A stretch of DNA of 64,000 bases from Mobula birostris. Taxonomy: Eukaryota. The notes beneath the pieces are model-generated. The model worked only from the letters and a program-made list of their open reading frames with translations, was not told the DNA's origin and searched no databases. The translations under genes were made by a program, and so were the position numbers. The stretch's first letter is position 1. Each line of letters begins with the position of its first letter. The DNA lies in NCBI RefSeq assembly GCF_030028105.1, contig NC_092377.1:51586952-51650951 (forward strand). The letters are read 5' to 3'. Below are positions 21,961 through 35,177 of this stretch, piece after piece.

Positions 21961-22857
21961 CATATGTCATGAACTTGGTTATTTTGCAGATTTTGTGGCA
22001 GCAGTACTGTATAATACATAAAAATTACTATAAGAAATACAGTATATAAAAATAAACTAATAGTGTAAAAAGAGAGCAGAATAATGAAGTTGTATTCATG
22101 GTCTTACGGATCATTCAGAAATCTGATGGATTAAATTCCTTATAAGATCAGTGCTGCTGATTAAAGATAAATTTCTTCCTCTAAATACCTTACTCAGAAA
22201 CAGTGGATATATTAAAGGGAACAAGGCACATGCTGGGAAAAAATGTTATATGAATGCCCACAATAATTACACAATGTTGATGCTTATAATTTGTTACAGA
22301 ATCATAATAGATTTCATCTCACGTCATCTTACATACCTACCAGATGTGAAGATTTCACTTTCAATCCTCCACAAAAGCATAACCGGATAGCAACTGGAAC
22401 ATTAGTGAATGCAATAACAATCTCAATCATTACTGGTAATTAATCATAGAAATCTCATGGAGTATCAACACAGAAGTCCTATGTTTCTACTACCACATTT
22501 ATGCTGCTATGGTCCCATTGTGTAGAACAGTTCACAGCAAATTTGTCAGTATTAATATTTATACTGGCAATTTTTTTAAAAATTAAAAAATGCATTTGTG
22601 GATGTTGAGTTGAATCACAGATCAATATTTTTCTCAATATAATCACCACTGTATATACTGTCTGATATTAAACACAATTGATTCAAAATTCCTTGGGTTG
22701 TACTTTTACTGCCTCGGACTTCCAAGTAACCAGCAGTGACACCATACCCCTGTGACAACAGAGGATGTGGAGCTAGCAGTAGATTGGCTGACTGTTGCAA
22801 GAAGCAATCTGGATGCATTTATTAGATGTTCCTGATTCATAGTGCTATGTTTTTATT

Positions 22858-23104
22858 CACAGAAACAACACTGTAACTGGCCTTTCTGCAGCAACAAGCC
22901 CACGCTGCCCAGTGATGCGTATCTGACCATTTAACCTACTAACCTGTACATCTTTGGAGTGTGGGAGAGAGAATAGGAGCAGGTGGAGGAAACCAGTGTA
23001 GGTACAGGGGCAACATATAATTCAACTAGACAGTGGTGGAGTTGAACCCTGGTTGCTAGCACTGTAAAAGCATAGGCTAACTGCTATGCTGTCATGCTGT
23101 CCCC
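22858..23104 (-). mobile_element. V-SINE (HE1-like)
   Basis: TTAACCTACTAACCTGTACATCTTTGGAGTGTGGGAG..GGAGGAAACC..GAGTTGAACCC is the reverse complement of the 4838-5125 type. Confidence 0.8.
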
Positions 23105-24586
23105 ACCCACCAAAGTATCAGCATCATGTCTAGATTAGCCAGTCCTTTGAGGATCCTTTGGGATATGTCAATCTGCATCATAAAGGAAAGCCAATTGCTG
23201 GATTACTTGGAATGTCTACTACAATATCTATCTTGGAAATGTACTTCTGCTGTACATGAAGTGAACAGACAGCTCCAACTCCTACCATAGATGTGGCTGG
23301 GTAAAGGCTGTAGGTTCCATCATAGACATTTCGTTGGAACGTGGAGATAATGGAAGTTAATATTCACAAATTAACAATGGCATGAAAGGCATATCGTGAA
23401 AAAATAATCCGCAGCTAAGCCTTTATTACTAAGAATTCTTGTTGCAATGCTACAATACCAGAATGTGCAGTGTTTTTTCTATGGGCTAGTTGAATGTCGC
23501 ACATTCTTCAGGAAAAATAGGCAGGTAGAGAAAGAAAGTGACCTAGGCAGAAATCTATAGAAAATCATAAAGCTTGAGGCACTGGAATAAGTAGAAAGTT
23601 AAGTTGTAATTAGAGGACAATTTACCAATAAGCAAAGTACGCCAGAATATTATGATAATTTTCAGTCCTCTCTCCTAGTAGGAGATACAGATCCTTAGAA
23701 AGGGCGAAGAAGACGACTGTAGGGTGAATTTACAGACTGAAGCACCATTCATCGGTCGAATAAAAGAGTGGAATTCCATCACCTGAGAAATGATAACATT
23801 GACTTAAACTTAAAGGAATTGAAGATAATTGGCTGTTCATTAACCTGACAATATTGTTTACAAATGAACTTGGATGGAATTACACCATCATATACTGAAT
23901 CCACATCAAAACTAATTTTAAGTATAGCTCACCAAATTGGGTTAGTTGGACAAAAAGTATGAAGAATGCAGCAGTTGTGCTCTGTCTCTGAAGAAAATGA
24001 AGAAAACGAATTTAGCGATCCTAATGATGCCACTGGATTGAAGTTACCAACTAAACCATTAGGGGATAATTGATTTTTGGTTTCATAAAGGGACCTAGAG
24101 ATGTAAAATAAGGTCAGGTAATGCAGTTGATTTACTGATCCAAATTGTCTTACATTGCCAGAGAGCAATTTATCATTTATAAGATATAGCTCACAGGCTG
24201 TATCACTAACAGAATAATTGCTATAAAATGAGAGACTAACTATAATCAGGATTTTGTAGTTGATGATGAACATACTTTAAAGATTAGCTATCAATCTAAT
24301 TCTGATCATACCAGTTTATGCCCTTCTCCCAAACACCCTCAGCTGCTTCCCTCCATTATTGGAAGACACATAGATTCCGTTTGGTCAACTCAATGTTGCA
24401 GCTGCCAAAAGAAAGATCCAAGTGACAAACGGAATCGCCACAGTAATTTGAAATAGGACACTTCATAGTTCATTCAGAAAATGGCCAAGATTTTACAGTA
24501 AACACAAGGAAGATTTTACAGTACCTTTGCCAAGGACAGTGAAGGTAGCAGACAGGCATTCTTTTCGATAAAGGTATTGCTTTAAC

Positions 24587-24735
24587 AATGGACTTATTGA
24601 CATGAGAATTGTTACTTCAAGGACAAGAGTTTGATAAACTCTCACCACTTTCACCACTTTCACCAAATGGACTTATTGACATGAGAATTGTTACTTCAAG
24701 GACAAGAGTTTGATGACTCTCACCACTCTCACCAA
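24587..24735. repeat. Tandem duplication, period 79 bp, at the Gypsy breakpoint
   Basis: AATGGACTTATTGACATGAGAATTGTTACTTCAAGGACAAGAGTTTGAT at 24587 and 24666, each followed by (CTYTCACCA)n. Confidence 0.95.
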
Positions 24736-24759
24736 ATTCTCTGAGATCTCCATACCTCC

Positions 24760-27700
24760 TCACCTAACTCTTCAGGCTCAGACGCTACTGGAGATACTTC
24801 TGGTCTACCTGGCAAGTCCTTTCCCGACCTGTCAGTCATGCTCTCCGTCCCATGTCCAGGTCCCGCTTCCTCTCCTTCAGGGTCCTACTGTAACCCAGGC
24901 TGTCCACAGATACGCCCCCACCCGCACTTCACCTGACTCAGTGGGAGAAGGTCGGGAGGCTCTTCCTCAATCACTGGGGAGTTAGCGAAAGGCAGCATAT
25001 ACCACACATCCAGGTCCTCATCCTCCGAATCAGTATCCCTCTCAGGGGTGGGGGCCGGCCTAACCTCGCCTGCTGGGGGCCTGGTAGTCACCATGCGTTT
25101 CCACAGAGTCCTCTTACTAGGTGTAGGCTCCAAGTCGGACTCTGGGTCTACCTGCACCGCTTGACCCAGGGCAACAGGTGGTTCCGATGGAGAATGTTGA
25201 CAGGCCCATTCCCATCCTCTGGTTTCACCCGGAAAGCTGGTAGGTTTGGCATCTGACTCTCCACCACATAGGGTGTAGCCGCCCAGCATTCAGCCAACTT
25301 ATACTTTCCAGGTAGCACCAAATTCCTTATGAAGACTCTGCCTTCCGGCAGGAGTTGGGAAAACCTCACCTTTTGATCATACCTTCACTTATTCCCTTGA
25401 TTCTGCTGGGCAGCCGTGACCCCAGCTAATTCACAAGTCCTTTTCAACTCTCTTCTCATGTCAGACAAGTACTTTAGATAAGTCTTCGGTGGTAAGTCAC
25501 CCTTGTCAGTTCCAAAACAAAGGTCAATGGGCAACCTTGCCTCGTGCCCAAACATCAGATAATATAGCGAGTACCCAGTAGCTTAATTTCGCGAACAATT
25601 ATAACTGTGAACCAGATGCCCAATATGTTGTCTCCACCTGCTCTTCTTGCTGATCTCCAGGGTCATGAACATGTCTAGCAAGGTCTGGTTAAACCTCTCT
25701 GGCTGGTGATCACCCTATTGGTGATAGGGTGTAGTCCTCTACTTCTTGACTCCAAGCATGCCCAGTAACTCACAGATGAGTCTGCTCTCGAAGTCCCATC
25801 CCTGATCACTATGTATTCACCTGGGAAGGCCATAACACTTTTGCCACCATAGACACCCTCTGGTCCTTGGTAGGAAAAGCCTGAGCATATCTGGTGTAGT
25901 AGTTCATGATGATTAAGACATTCACCGTGTTTTTGGCATCGGGTTCTATTGACAGGAAATCCATACCCACCAGGTCCAGCGGCCCTGCACTCTGAAGGTG
26001 GGACAAGGGAACTGGCCGCATAGGCAGTGTCTTCCGCCGTATGCATCGAATGCATGACTTGCAGTATTCTTTGACCTCCAACTTCATTCGGGGCCAGTAA
26101 AACCGGTCTCTGAGCAATCCATAGGTCTTTTCCACTGCCAAATGTCCAGAATCATCATGAAGTGATTTCAACGCCATCCTCCGATACTTCGTGGGCAGAA
26201 CCAGCTGGCAACACCGGGGTCAGTTTGGGGGTGACATGACCTGGGATAAGATCTGGTTCTTCAACTCCAACCGAGGCCATTCTCATAGCAATGGAGGCAC
26301 TGATGTGTTCTTCGTCCTATCCGCCTGAGCTATGTTTCCCTTTTCGACCGCTGCCCAAATGGTACCAATGCCCGGGTCATCTCGCTGAGCAGCCGCCACT
26401 TCCCCAGAACTCAATACCGGCAGCTGTTTTGTCTTCAGAGCAGTCAGGTTACAATAAACTTGGAGGATGGTGTCATCAGAGGCCCCCAACTGATCCACCG
26501 CTCGCTCCTGCCCTTCCTTTTCCTCTGCCTTCACGGTGATGGCAAACTAACACAGGGCCTTCACCCCCGGGGCAGGAATGCTTTCCCACTCCTCATCCCT
26601 GACCAGTCCCTCATGCACCCATTGGGACAAAGCATCAGCATCAATGTTCCTGCTTCCCGGCTGGTATTTCAGACTGAAATCATAGGCAGACAATGCCGCC
26701 AACCACTGATGCCTGTGGCATCCAGTTTCGCCAAGGTCAGGATATAAGTTAGGGGGTTGTTGTCCGTGCTCACCTAAAAAACTTGGCCCCATAGAGGTAA
26801 TCACTCAGCTTATCCACCATTGCCCATTTCAACGCCATGAATTCCAATTTGTGCGTGGGATAGTTATTCTCGGAGTGCTGACAAACGCAACAGGCCTCAA
26901 CCCGGAGCCCTGATCCTGATACAGAGGACGCCCCCTAAACCCTCTCGGCTGGCATCCGTGTGCAGTACATACGGTAATCGGGGGTCCGCAAAAGCCAGTA
27001 CTGGCGCCTGAGTCAGCAGCTCCTTCAGCGACTGAAAGGCCTCCTCACATTTTGCATCCCATCTCGGTCCAAAGGGCTCTGATGGGCTAAGGTACTGTCC
27101 ACGCTCCTGTCCTTTGATCCCCCTCCCTTTCTTCCCCAAGTGAGGGTATCCGCACAGAAGCTGATTCAAAGGGCGACTCACTTTCGTGTAGCCTTTCACA
27201 AAACTCTGACAGTAACCACAAAACCCAAGGAACGAGCGCAGCGCATTCACAGTATGGGGTCTTGGCCAAGTGGTAACCGCCTCGATCTTAGCTGGGATGT
27301 AGTTACTCAATCTGTGAGACTATGTGCCCAACATAGCTAACAAACGTTTGGTAGAACTGGCACTTGTCTGGGGAAAGTTTTAACCCTTCAGCTTTCAGGC
27401 AGCCCAGCACCTTCAGCAGCCTCGCTTCATGTTCTTCCAAGGTGGATCCAAATTCTATGAGGTCATCCAGATATACCAATATCTCAAGCAAGTTCATATC
27501 CCCACTGTCTTCTCCATGACCCGCTAGAAGGTTGCAGGAGCTCCTGAGATACCCTGGGGCATCCTTTCGAACTGGAAAAATCCCAGGGGACATATAAATG
27601 CCATTTTCTCTTTATCGGCCTCACTCATGGGGATCTGGTAATATCCACTCCTCAAGTCCAGCACGCTGAACCACTTCACATCACTCAGGCAGGCCAGCGC

Positions 27701-28960
27701 GTCTTCAATCCTTGGGACAGTATACTGGTCAGGGATGGTGTGCCTGTTCAGAGTCCTATAGCCCACACACATCCATACCTTACCATTCTTTTCTCGGGCC
27801 ACTACTATTGGGGATGCAAAGGGGCTTTGGGACTTGGTGATGATCCCAGCTTCCTTCAACTTATACAAATGCTGCCGAACATCCTCCACCTCTGCAGGGG
27901 CCAGTCGCCGCGACCTTTCTCTGAACGGGGTATCCTCTGTCACCTGTATAGTGTGATGAGTGCTCTTGGAACAACCCATATCAAACTCGTCAATGGAAAA
28001 GACACCTTCCAGCTTCAACATCTTCTCTACCAGCCTCCTCTTCCATCCCGCAGGAACCAGTGAATCCCCGAAATTGGATGACTCAGAGGTCAACTTTTCC
28101 CCTTTTTCCAATAGTTTCTCCCCGGCATGTCTCACAGGGGCACTAGACATTACCGTCACCGGGAACAGATGCGCCAGGGGCGTTCTCCACCTGTAGGTGA
28201 CCTCCCTCTTTGTAGTGTTCCGGACAATCACTGCCATCCTGCATTCCTGTACAACCGAAGGCTTCTGCAATTCGGGCCTCACTAGTAGCCCAGCAGGTAA
28301 TCTCAACTCCCCCTCATCGTCTTCCGGAGTGTCCACTAAGAGGGCTTTGCCCTCAGGCACTCCGGGAAATCTGGGGGTCTCCATCACTCTTGCTGCTTCC
28401 CCTGGCCGTACCACCATTGGCTTCGACTGGGTGAACCACACAGTCCCTTGTTTAAATTCGGTACCCGGCTCAATGCTGCCACGCACTTCTTCAAAAACAG
28501 CTCGACACCCCGGGTGCATGGACAATGTTCCCAGAAAGCTCTTGCCAGCTTTCTACTTGCAGGCCCCCATGAGCCTCCTCACATGAGGGCTGTTGGTCCC
28601 CACCAGAAATGAAACGTCACCCTTCTCAACAGGGTCCCGACAAACCAGCACTAATGTGTCAAGGACCTCAGACATGCCCATATCGGCCTCCGAGAACTCC
28701 AACTTCACTGACAAATAACCGTCGTATGGGTAATCACTAACACTAAGCCCCCAGATCTCCAGTGCCCTGAATAGGATCAGTGGTAGATACTTCAGATACC
28801 GGTTGTAAAACAAACAGTACAACAACGTGACTTGTGACCTGATGTCGAGTATGGCTTCAGCATAAATACTCTCTACCCGTAGCAACACACTGGAGCATGG
28901 TCCCACTAAACCTTCAGGAATTGGGCCTTTCGCTTTCGGGGGTTCTTTGGTATATTGCTT
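24760..28960 (-). pseudogene. Gypsy pol (PR-RT-RH-IN), disrupted
   Basis: Minus-strand ORF pieces with low ends at 28553, 27524, 27303, 26897, 26547, 26283, 25809, 25148 and 24885. Confidence 0.92.
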
Positions 28961-30140
28961 GGAACGTTTTCTCCCAGTGACACCAGGCCGTTCCCTCACT
29001 GGGTTTCCTCTACGTTTTCCCAACAACTCTCTCTGCTTAGGTACCTGAGGGCTCACTCTCTTTCTTGCGTGACACTTGCTGCTAGCAGCCCTCCCCATTG
29101 TTCCTCCCCTTGGGGAATCTGCACCCCCCCACCCCATCAGCTCCATCATATGAGGGAGTGGGTCACACCCGCTGATAACAGCTGACATATCTCCGTTCTC
29201 AACTCTGCCACAATCTCCGCTACCGCTCCCCGGGGTAGGCTATCTGTGGTCACTTCACCACAGGGGACCACTACCGAGGACTGTACCCTACTGACAGAGG
29301 CCTCTCCCACCTCCAACACATTCTCCTCTTCCCCTACCTCTCTGATCAGCTCAACAAAAGATGGAGGGGGGTGTGTCTTATGAGATTGTTGGAGACCCCA
29401 AGCAATTAGGTCATAGGACTGGCCGCCCAGCTACCTGGTCCACTCTTAACTGATCCACCTCAGCCGCCTGAATGACCCTTCTGCGCCACGAGCAATTTAG
29501 CTGCTTCTCAAGCCTAAAAATAAAAGCAGAAAGCTTCTCCCCCTCTCCTGATGCATGTTCTGAAACCCCACCATGAGCTCCATTGGGCTTCCAGTCGAGC
29601 CAAAAACGCTGTCCAGTGTTTGCAGAGAATTGACAGCTGTCGCTACGGGATACTGTAACCTGACGGCTATCACAATGTCAGCGACCCGCCCATTCAAACT
29701 TTCAGTCAATCTCTGTCGCTTTTCATCATCCGAGCACTGCCACTCATCTAACAACTGAGAGGTCCGCTCAGTCCAAGTCTCATACACCTTCTTCCCTTTA
29801 GGGGTGGGTGTTCTTCTGGAGAATAGGCGGAGCCTGCCAGAGCTGGGACTTTGAATCTAGTTTTTCCATTTATTCGCCAGAGAAGTAAGGGCGGATATTA
29901 ACTCAGAATTCTCACTCTTCACTGGGGGACGTGGACTAATTAGACATTCCTAATCCGACCACTCTTTCCCCTCACTCCTCAGAAACAAGAGAATTCTGTC
30001 TTTGAAATCTCTACCCCGCCATTTTATCAAACTTCCACTCACAATCACAACTTTAACAGTACTTAACAGTGGAATTAACAATTCATCCAGAGTACAAATA
30101 TCTGCTCCACTGGTTCATTGCTCAGGGTAATCACACAGCA
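28960..30140 (-). pseudogene. Gypsy gag, PNMA/Ma-like capsid, disrupted
   Basis: YETWTERTSQLLDEWQCSDDEKRQRLTESLNG.VAD.. resembles the PNMA-type CA domain. Confidence 0.8.
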
Positions 30141-30153
30141 TCCAACAGAATCA

Positions 30154-30171
30154 ATCCCAAACGTAGCCCCA
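30154..30171 (-). promoter_or_regulatory. Primer binding site, degenerate tRNA-Pro complement
   Basis: Minus strand TGGGGCTACGTTTGGGAT lies 5 nt inside the LTR; the tRNA-Pro PBS is TGGGGGCTCGTCCGGGAT. Confidence 0.7.
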
Positions 30172-30176
30172 ATAAT

Positions 30177-30765
30177 TGTAACTCTTGCTTCGGCTAGCAG
30201 CTAAATATAGGGGGTGATAGCCCCTGGCCCGGCCAAACTTAAGAAATCTCATTTGGGTGAATGCTGCACGATGTGTCCCCTGTTACAAATCAGTACTCTG
30301 AAATAACAAACAGTACACAATATGCGATTAAATGATTAAGCTTTATAATTCTTACTTTGACTATATGGTTAGTAGAGAAATGAAATAAAAGAAAAAAAGG
30401 GCCTAATCTTATTAAACAGTCTGTTGCACAAAGTTGGAGCTCACAGATAAGCCGATCGTTCACCATCGACCTCCTCCGGTCGTCGCTGCCCTTCGGACCC
30501 TCGCTCCGAGTCCACCCTGTCCGGCCGTCTACCAAATCTCTCCATTCGCATCTTCTCTCCTCACCTGTCCCCGGAAAAAGCTCACAAAAAAACTCCTTCC
30601 AGATTCACAAGACGGGGCACCAAAATCCTAATTGGCTAACATGCACAGCCACATTCTTGTTATCTCCAGTTATAACCCAAACATTGCTGCTACAGAGAAA
30701 CAGTTACTTCAGCAGTGAACATTACAGAGAAGCCATTTCATTAGCCTTAGCAGTGAAACATTACA
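30177..30765 (-). repeat. 5' LTR of the Gypsy element
   Basis: TGTAA...TTACA termini; adjacent PBS; shares motifs with solo LTR 60550-61191. Confidence 0.8.
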
Positions 30766-33700
30766 GAGCGTTAGACATAAGTCGGAAAAAGGTAGCAGTC
30801 CTGAAGGTTTAGGTAGAACGATGAAAAGCAGGGCCTCCAGCATAGTAATCTCTAGATTGCAGCCTGTGCCACACACCAGTAAGGGTAAGATGAGATGATT
30901 TGGCATATGGATGTATGGCTGAGGAATTGGTGGAGGGGGTAGGGTTTCAGATTTATGGATCATTGAGATCTCTTCTGGGGAAGGTATGACCTGTGCAAAA
31001 AGGGCAGGTTACACCTGAACCTAAGGAGAAAACAATATCCGTGCAGGCAGGTTTGCTAGAGTTGTTGGGGAGAATCTAAAGTAATTTGACGGGGGATGGG
31101 AACCAGAGTTATAGGGCAGAGGATGGTTCAGTTGGGACAGGCAGATGAAAGGGCATTATTGCAGTCACTAGGATAATTTGAAGTGTAAACTGGGGCAAAA
31201 TTGAAAAGAGTGATGAATACAGGACTGCACTGTTATATTTAAATGCATGTAGTATACAGAATAAGATAGATGATTTTATAATGCAGATAGACATTGGCAG
31301 GTTTGACATTGTGGGCTGAAGGAAGATCAGAGTTGGGAGCTTAACATCGATACACATAGTAAAGAAAGGACTGGCAGGTAGGCAGAGAGGGTGGCTTGGC
31401 TCTTGGTAAAAAAATGAAATCAAATTCTTAGAAAGAGGTGACATAGCATCAGAAGATATATAATCCTTGTGGGTAGAATTAAGAGATTGTAAGGGTAAAA
31501 AAGACCCTGATGGAAATTATATACAAGCCTCTGAACAGAAGCCAGGAAGTGGGATACAAATTACAATGGGAGATGAAAAAGGCATGTAAAAAGGATAATG
31601 ATATGAAAGTCATGGGGGATTTCAATATGCAGGTTGATTAAGAAAACAAAGTTGATGCTGGATCCCAAGAGAGGGAATTTGTAGAATGCCGATGAGATGG
31701 CTTTGTAGAGCAGGGAAAAGCGATTCTGGATTGGGTGTTGTGCAATTAACCAGGTATGATTAGGGAACCTAAGGTAAATGAACCATTTGGAGGCAGTGAT
31801 CATAATGTAATAGCATTCACCCTGTTATTTTGAGAAGGAGATGCAAAATTCAGATGTATCATTATTACAGTGGAGTAAAGGTATTACAGAGGCATGAGAG
31901 AGAAACTGGTCAAAGTTGATTGGAAGGGGACACTAGCAGGGATGATAACAGAACAGCAATGGCTAGAGTTTCTGGGAGCAAATTGGAAGGCGCTGGATAA
32001 ATACATCCCAAGGATGAAGAAATATCCTAAAGGGAGGATGAGGCAACTGTGGCTGACAAGGGAAGTCAAAGACAATATAAAAGAAAAAAAGAGAGCTTAT
32101 AATATAGCAAAAATTAACAGGAAGTTAGGGGATTGGGAAGCTTTTAAAAGGAGGCAGATAAAAAAAACAATAAGGAGAGAAAGGATGAAATACGAAGGTA
32201 AACTTGCCAGCAATAAAAATGAGGATATTTCAAATATTTCAATCCAAAGCATTTTTCAGCTATATAAAGAATAAAAGAGAGGTGAGAGTGGATAGCAGAC
32301 TGCTGGAAAATGGGAGACAAAGAAATGGTGGACTAACTTACTAAGTATTTTACATCCGCCTTCACTGTGGAAGACATTAACAGCATGCCAGAAATTTGAG
32401 TGTTATGAGGCAGAAGTGAGTGTAATTTCTAATACTAAGGAGAAGCTGCTTGGGAAGTTGAGAGGTCTGGAAGTAGGTAAGTCATCTGGACCAGACAGAC
32501 TACAGCCCAGTGTTCTGAAAGAGGTAGCTCAAGAGATTGTGACGCTTAAGTAATGACCTTTCAAATTGCAAATATCACTCCACACTTTAAGAAGGGAGGG
32601 AGGCAGAAGAAAGGAAATTATAAGGCCAGTTAGCCTGGCTTCAGTGGTTGGGAAGATGTTGGAGTCCATTACTAATGATGAGGTTTTGGGGCACTTGGAG
32701 GCACAAGATAAAATAGGCTAAAGTCAGCATGGTGTCCTTAAATGGAAATCTTGCCTGACAAACATGTTGGAATTTTTTGAGTAAATAATAGACAAAGGGA
32801 AGGCAGTGGATGTTGTTTACTTGGATTTTCAAAAGGTCTTTGATAAGCTGCTGCATGTGAGGCTGCTTAACAAGATAAAAATCCATGGTTTACCAGGAGA
32901 GATACTAGCATAGAAGATTGGCTGATTAGCGGGAGTCAAAGAATGGGAACAAAGAGGGACTTTTCTAGTTGGTTGCTGATGACGTGTGGTGTTCTGTAGG
33001 GGTTGGTGTGGCAACCTCTTCTTTTCACATTATATGTCAATAATTTGATCATATGCTCATGTCTGCAGATGATACAAAGATGGGCGGAGGGTTCTGAAGA
33101 AGGACTTGGACAGATGAGAAAATGGACGAAGAACTGACAAATGAAATATAGTATAGGGAAATGTACGCTCATGCACTTTGGTTGAAGGAATAAAGGATTA
33201 GTCGATTTTATAAATGGAGAGAAGATTCAAATAATGAGAAGTGCAAAGGGACTTGGGAGTCCTTTTACAGGATTTGTTAAAGGTTACATTGTGGGTTGAG
33301 TCAGTGGTAAGGAAGACAAATACAATGTTAGCCTTCATTTTGAGAGGACTAGAATATAAGAGCAAGATAATAATGCAAAAGTTTTATAAGGCACTGGCCA
33401 GCCTGCACTTAGACTATTATGAGCAGCTTTGGGCCCCTTATTTAAGAAAAGATGTGCTGGCATTGGAGTGTTCAGAGGAAGTTTACGAGAATGATTCTAG
33501 GAAGGGAAGTCTGAATGTATGAGCATTTGTGCCTGTACTTGCTGGAGTTTTAGATGAATGAGGGGGGAATCTCATTGAAAGCTGCTGAATATTGAAAGAC
33601 CTGGATAGAGTGGATGTGGAGAGGATGTTTCCTAAAGTGGGTGAGTCTAGGACCAGAGGGCACACCCTCAGAATAGAGGGATGTCCATTCAGAACAGAGA

Positions 33701-33785
33701 TAAGGAGACATTTCTTTCGGCAGAGGGTAGTGAATTTGTGGAACTCAATGCCATAGATGGCTGTGGGGGCAACTCGTTGACTATA

Positions 33786-34012
33786 CGTGGTCTATCAGCA
33801 GCGTCAACAGAGCTTTACCAAGAGGGATTTCTTGCAGGTTGGCGGCGATTATTTAAAAAGGGAGCTTCGAGAGTGTTTGTCCATTGCACGTAGCCTATCG
33901 GCGGCATCAACAGAGCTTTATCAAGAAGGATTTCTCGCAGGTCGGCAGCAGTTATTTAAAAAGGGAGCTTTGAGAGTGTTTGTCCATTGTACGTGGCCTA
34001 TCAGCGGCGATA
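33786..34012 (+). repeat. 103-bp tandem monomers (2.2 copies) in the CR1 5' UTR
   Basis: CGTRGYCTATCRGCRGC.. starts at 33786, 33889 and 33992. Confidence 0.93.
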
Positions 34013-34196
34013 ACTGGAGCACTAATCGTGAGTTAGATAGCAGGGAAGGTTCAGGCATAAAAGGGAGAGACTGCGTAGCGGAGCGGTCATCGACGGAGTG
34101 ATCTGAGTCAGAGTGGTGGGGCTTTGGCTCATTCGGGTTTCGGCGATAATAGGTCAAGGTGAGGTAAGTTACCTGTGAGGAATAAAAACAGGAAGT

Positions 34197-35133
34197 ATGT
34201 CTGTGAGGCCGGTGCTCTGTACTGGTTGTCAGATGTGGGAAGACCAGGAAACTCCCAGCCTCTCAGACAGCCACATCTGCGCCAGGTGTGTCAAGCCGCA
34301 GCTCCTTAGGGACTGAGTTAGGGAACTGGAGATGCAGCCTGATGACCTTCATCTGGTCAGGGAGAGTGAGGAGGTGATAGAGAGGAGCTATAGGCAGGTA
34401 GTCACACTAGGGCCATGGGAGACAGACAAGTGGGTCACAGTCAGGAGGGGGAAGGGGAAAAGTCAGATACTAGAGAGTACCCCTGTGGCCATTCCCCTGA
34501 ACAATAAGTACTCCTGTTTGAGTACTGTTGGGGGGGGTCATCCTACCTGGGGGAAGCAACAGTGGCTGCGCCTCTGGCACTGAGTCTGGCCCTGTGGCTC
34601 AGAAGGATAGAGATGGAAGAAGCCAGCAGTAATAGGAGACTGTATAGTAGGGGGGTCAGACAGGCAATTCTGTGGACGCAAGAAAGAAACATGGATGGCA
34701 GTTTGCCTCCGAGGTGCCAGAGTCCGGGATGTTTTTGATTGTGTCGTCAATATCCCTGAAGTGGGAAGGTGAACAGCCTGAGGTCGTGGTACATATTGGT
34801 ACCAATGACATGGGTAGGAAAAGGGAGGAAGTCCTGAAAAAAGACTTTAGGGAGTTAGGAAGGAAGTTGAGAAGCAGGACCTCAAAGGTAGTAAACACGG
34901 GATTACTGCCTGTGCCACGTGACAGTGAATATAGTAATAGAGTGAGGTAGAGGATAAATGCATGGCTGAGGGATTGGAGCAGGGGGCAGGGATTCAGATT
35001 TCTGGATCATTGGGACCAAGTCTCCTGGGGCAGGAGTGACCTGTACAAAAAGAATATGTTGCAGTTGAATCCGAGGGGGACCAGTATCCTGGCAGGGAGG
35101 TTTGCTAAAACTATTGAGGAGAGTTTAAACTAG
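34197..35133 (+). pseudogene. CR1 ORF1 (zinc finger, leucine zipper, SGNH esterase)
   Basis: MSVRPVLCTGCQMW..HICARCVK..LRD*VRELE; EVVVHIGTNDMG; contains stops and frameshifts. Confidence 0.85.
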
Positions 35134-35177
35134 AATTGCTGGGGGGTGGGAACTGAACTGAAGAGACGGAAGAAGGG

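Larger units (their letters stand above)
18978..22135 (-). mobile_element. Rex1-type 3' end split by the RTE insertion (18978-19015 and 21961-22135)
   Basis: TTCAGAATCAGTTTTATCATTATTGACAcATGTCA continues as TGAACTTGG..TTTGTGGCAGCAGTAC..CATTCAGAAATCTGATGG. Confidence 0.6.
24735..30765 (-). mobile_element. Ty3/Gypsy LTR retrotransposon with PNMA-like gag; 5' LTR present, 3' LTR lost
   Basis: Order on minus strand: LTR, PBS, gag, PR (AILDIRSQVT), RT ([29 protein letters not shown]), RNase H (LHTDAS), IN (LHDDSGHL..CKSCIRC, GMDFL). Many frameshifts. Confidence 0.95.

Noticed and set aside
23105-24586. Possible endogenous viral or coding relic (e.g. EDNWLFINLT..GWNYT)
   Set aside because: Only short open stretches, with no motif I could assign.
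30281-30290. TGTTACA as alternative LTR boundary
   Set aside because: The PBS lies next to TGTAA at 30177, which pairs with TTACA at 30765.
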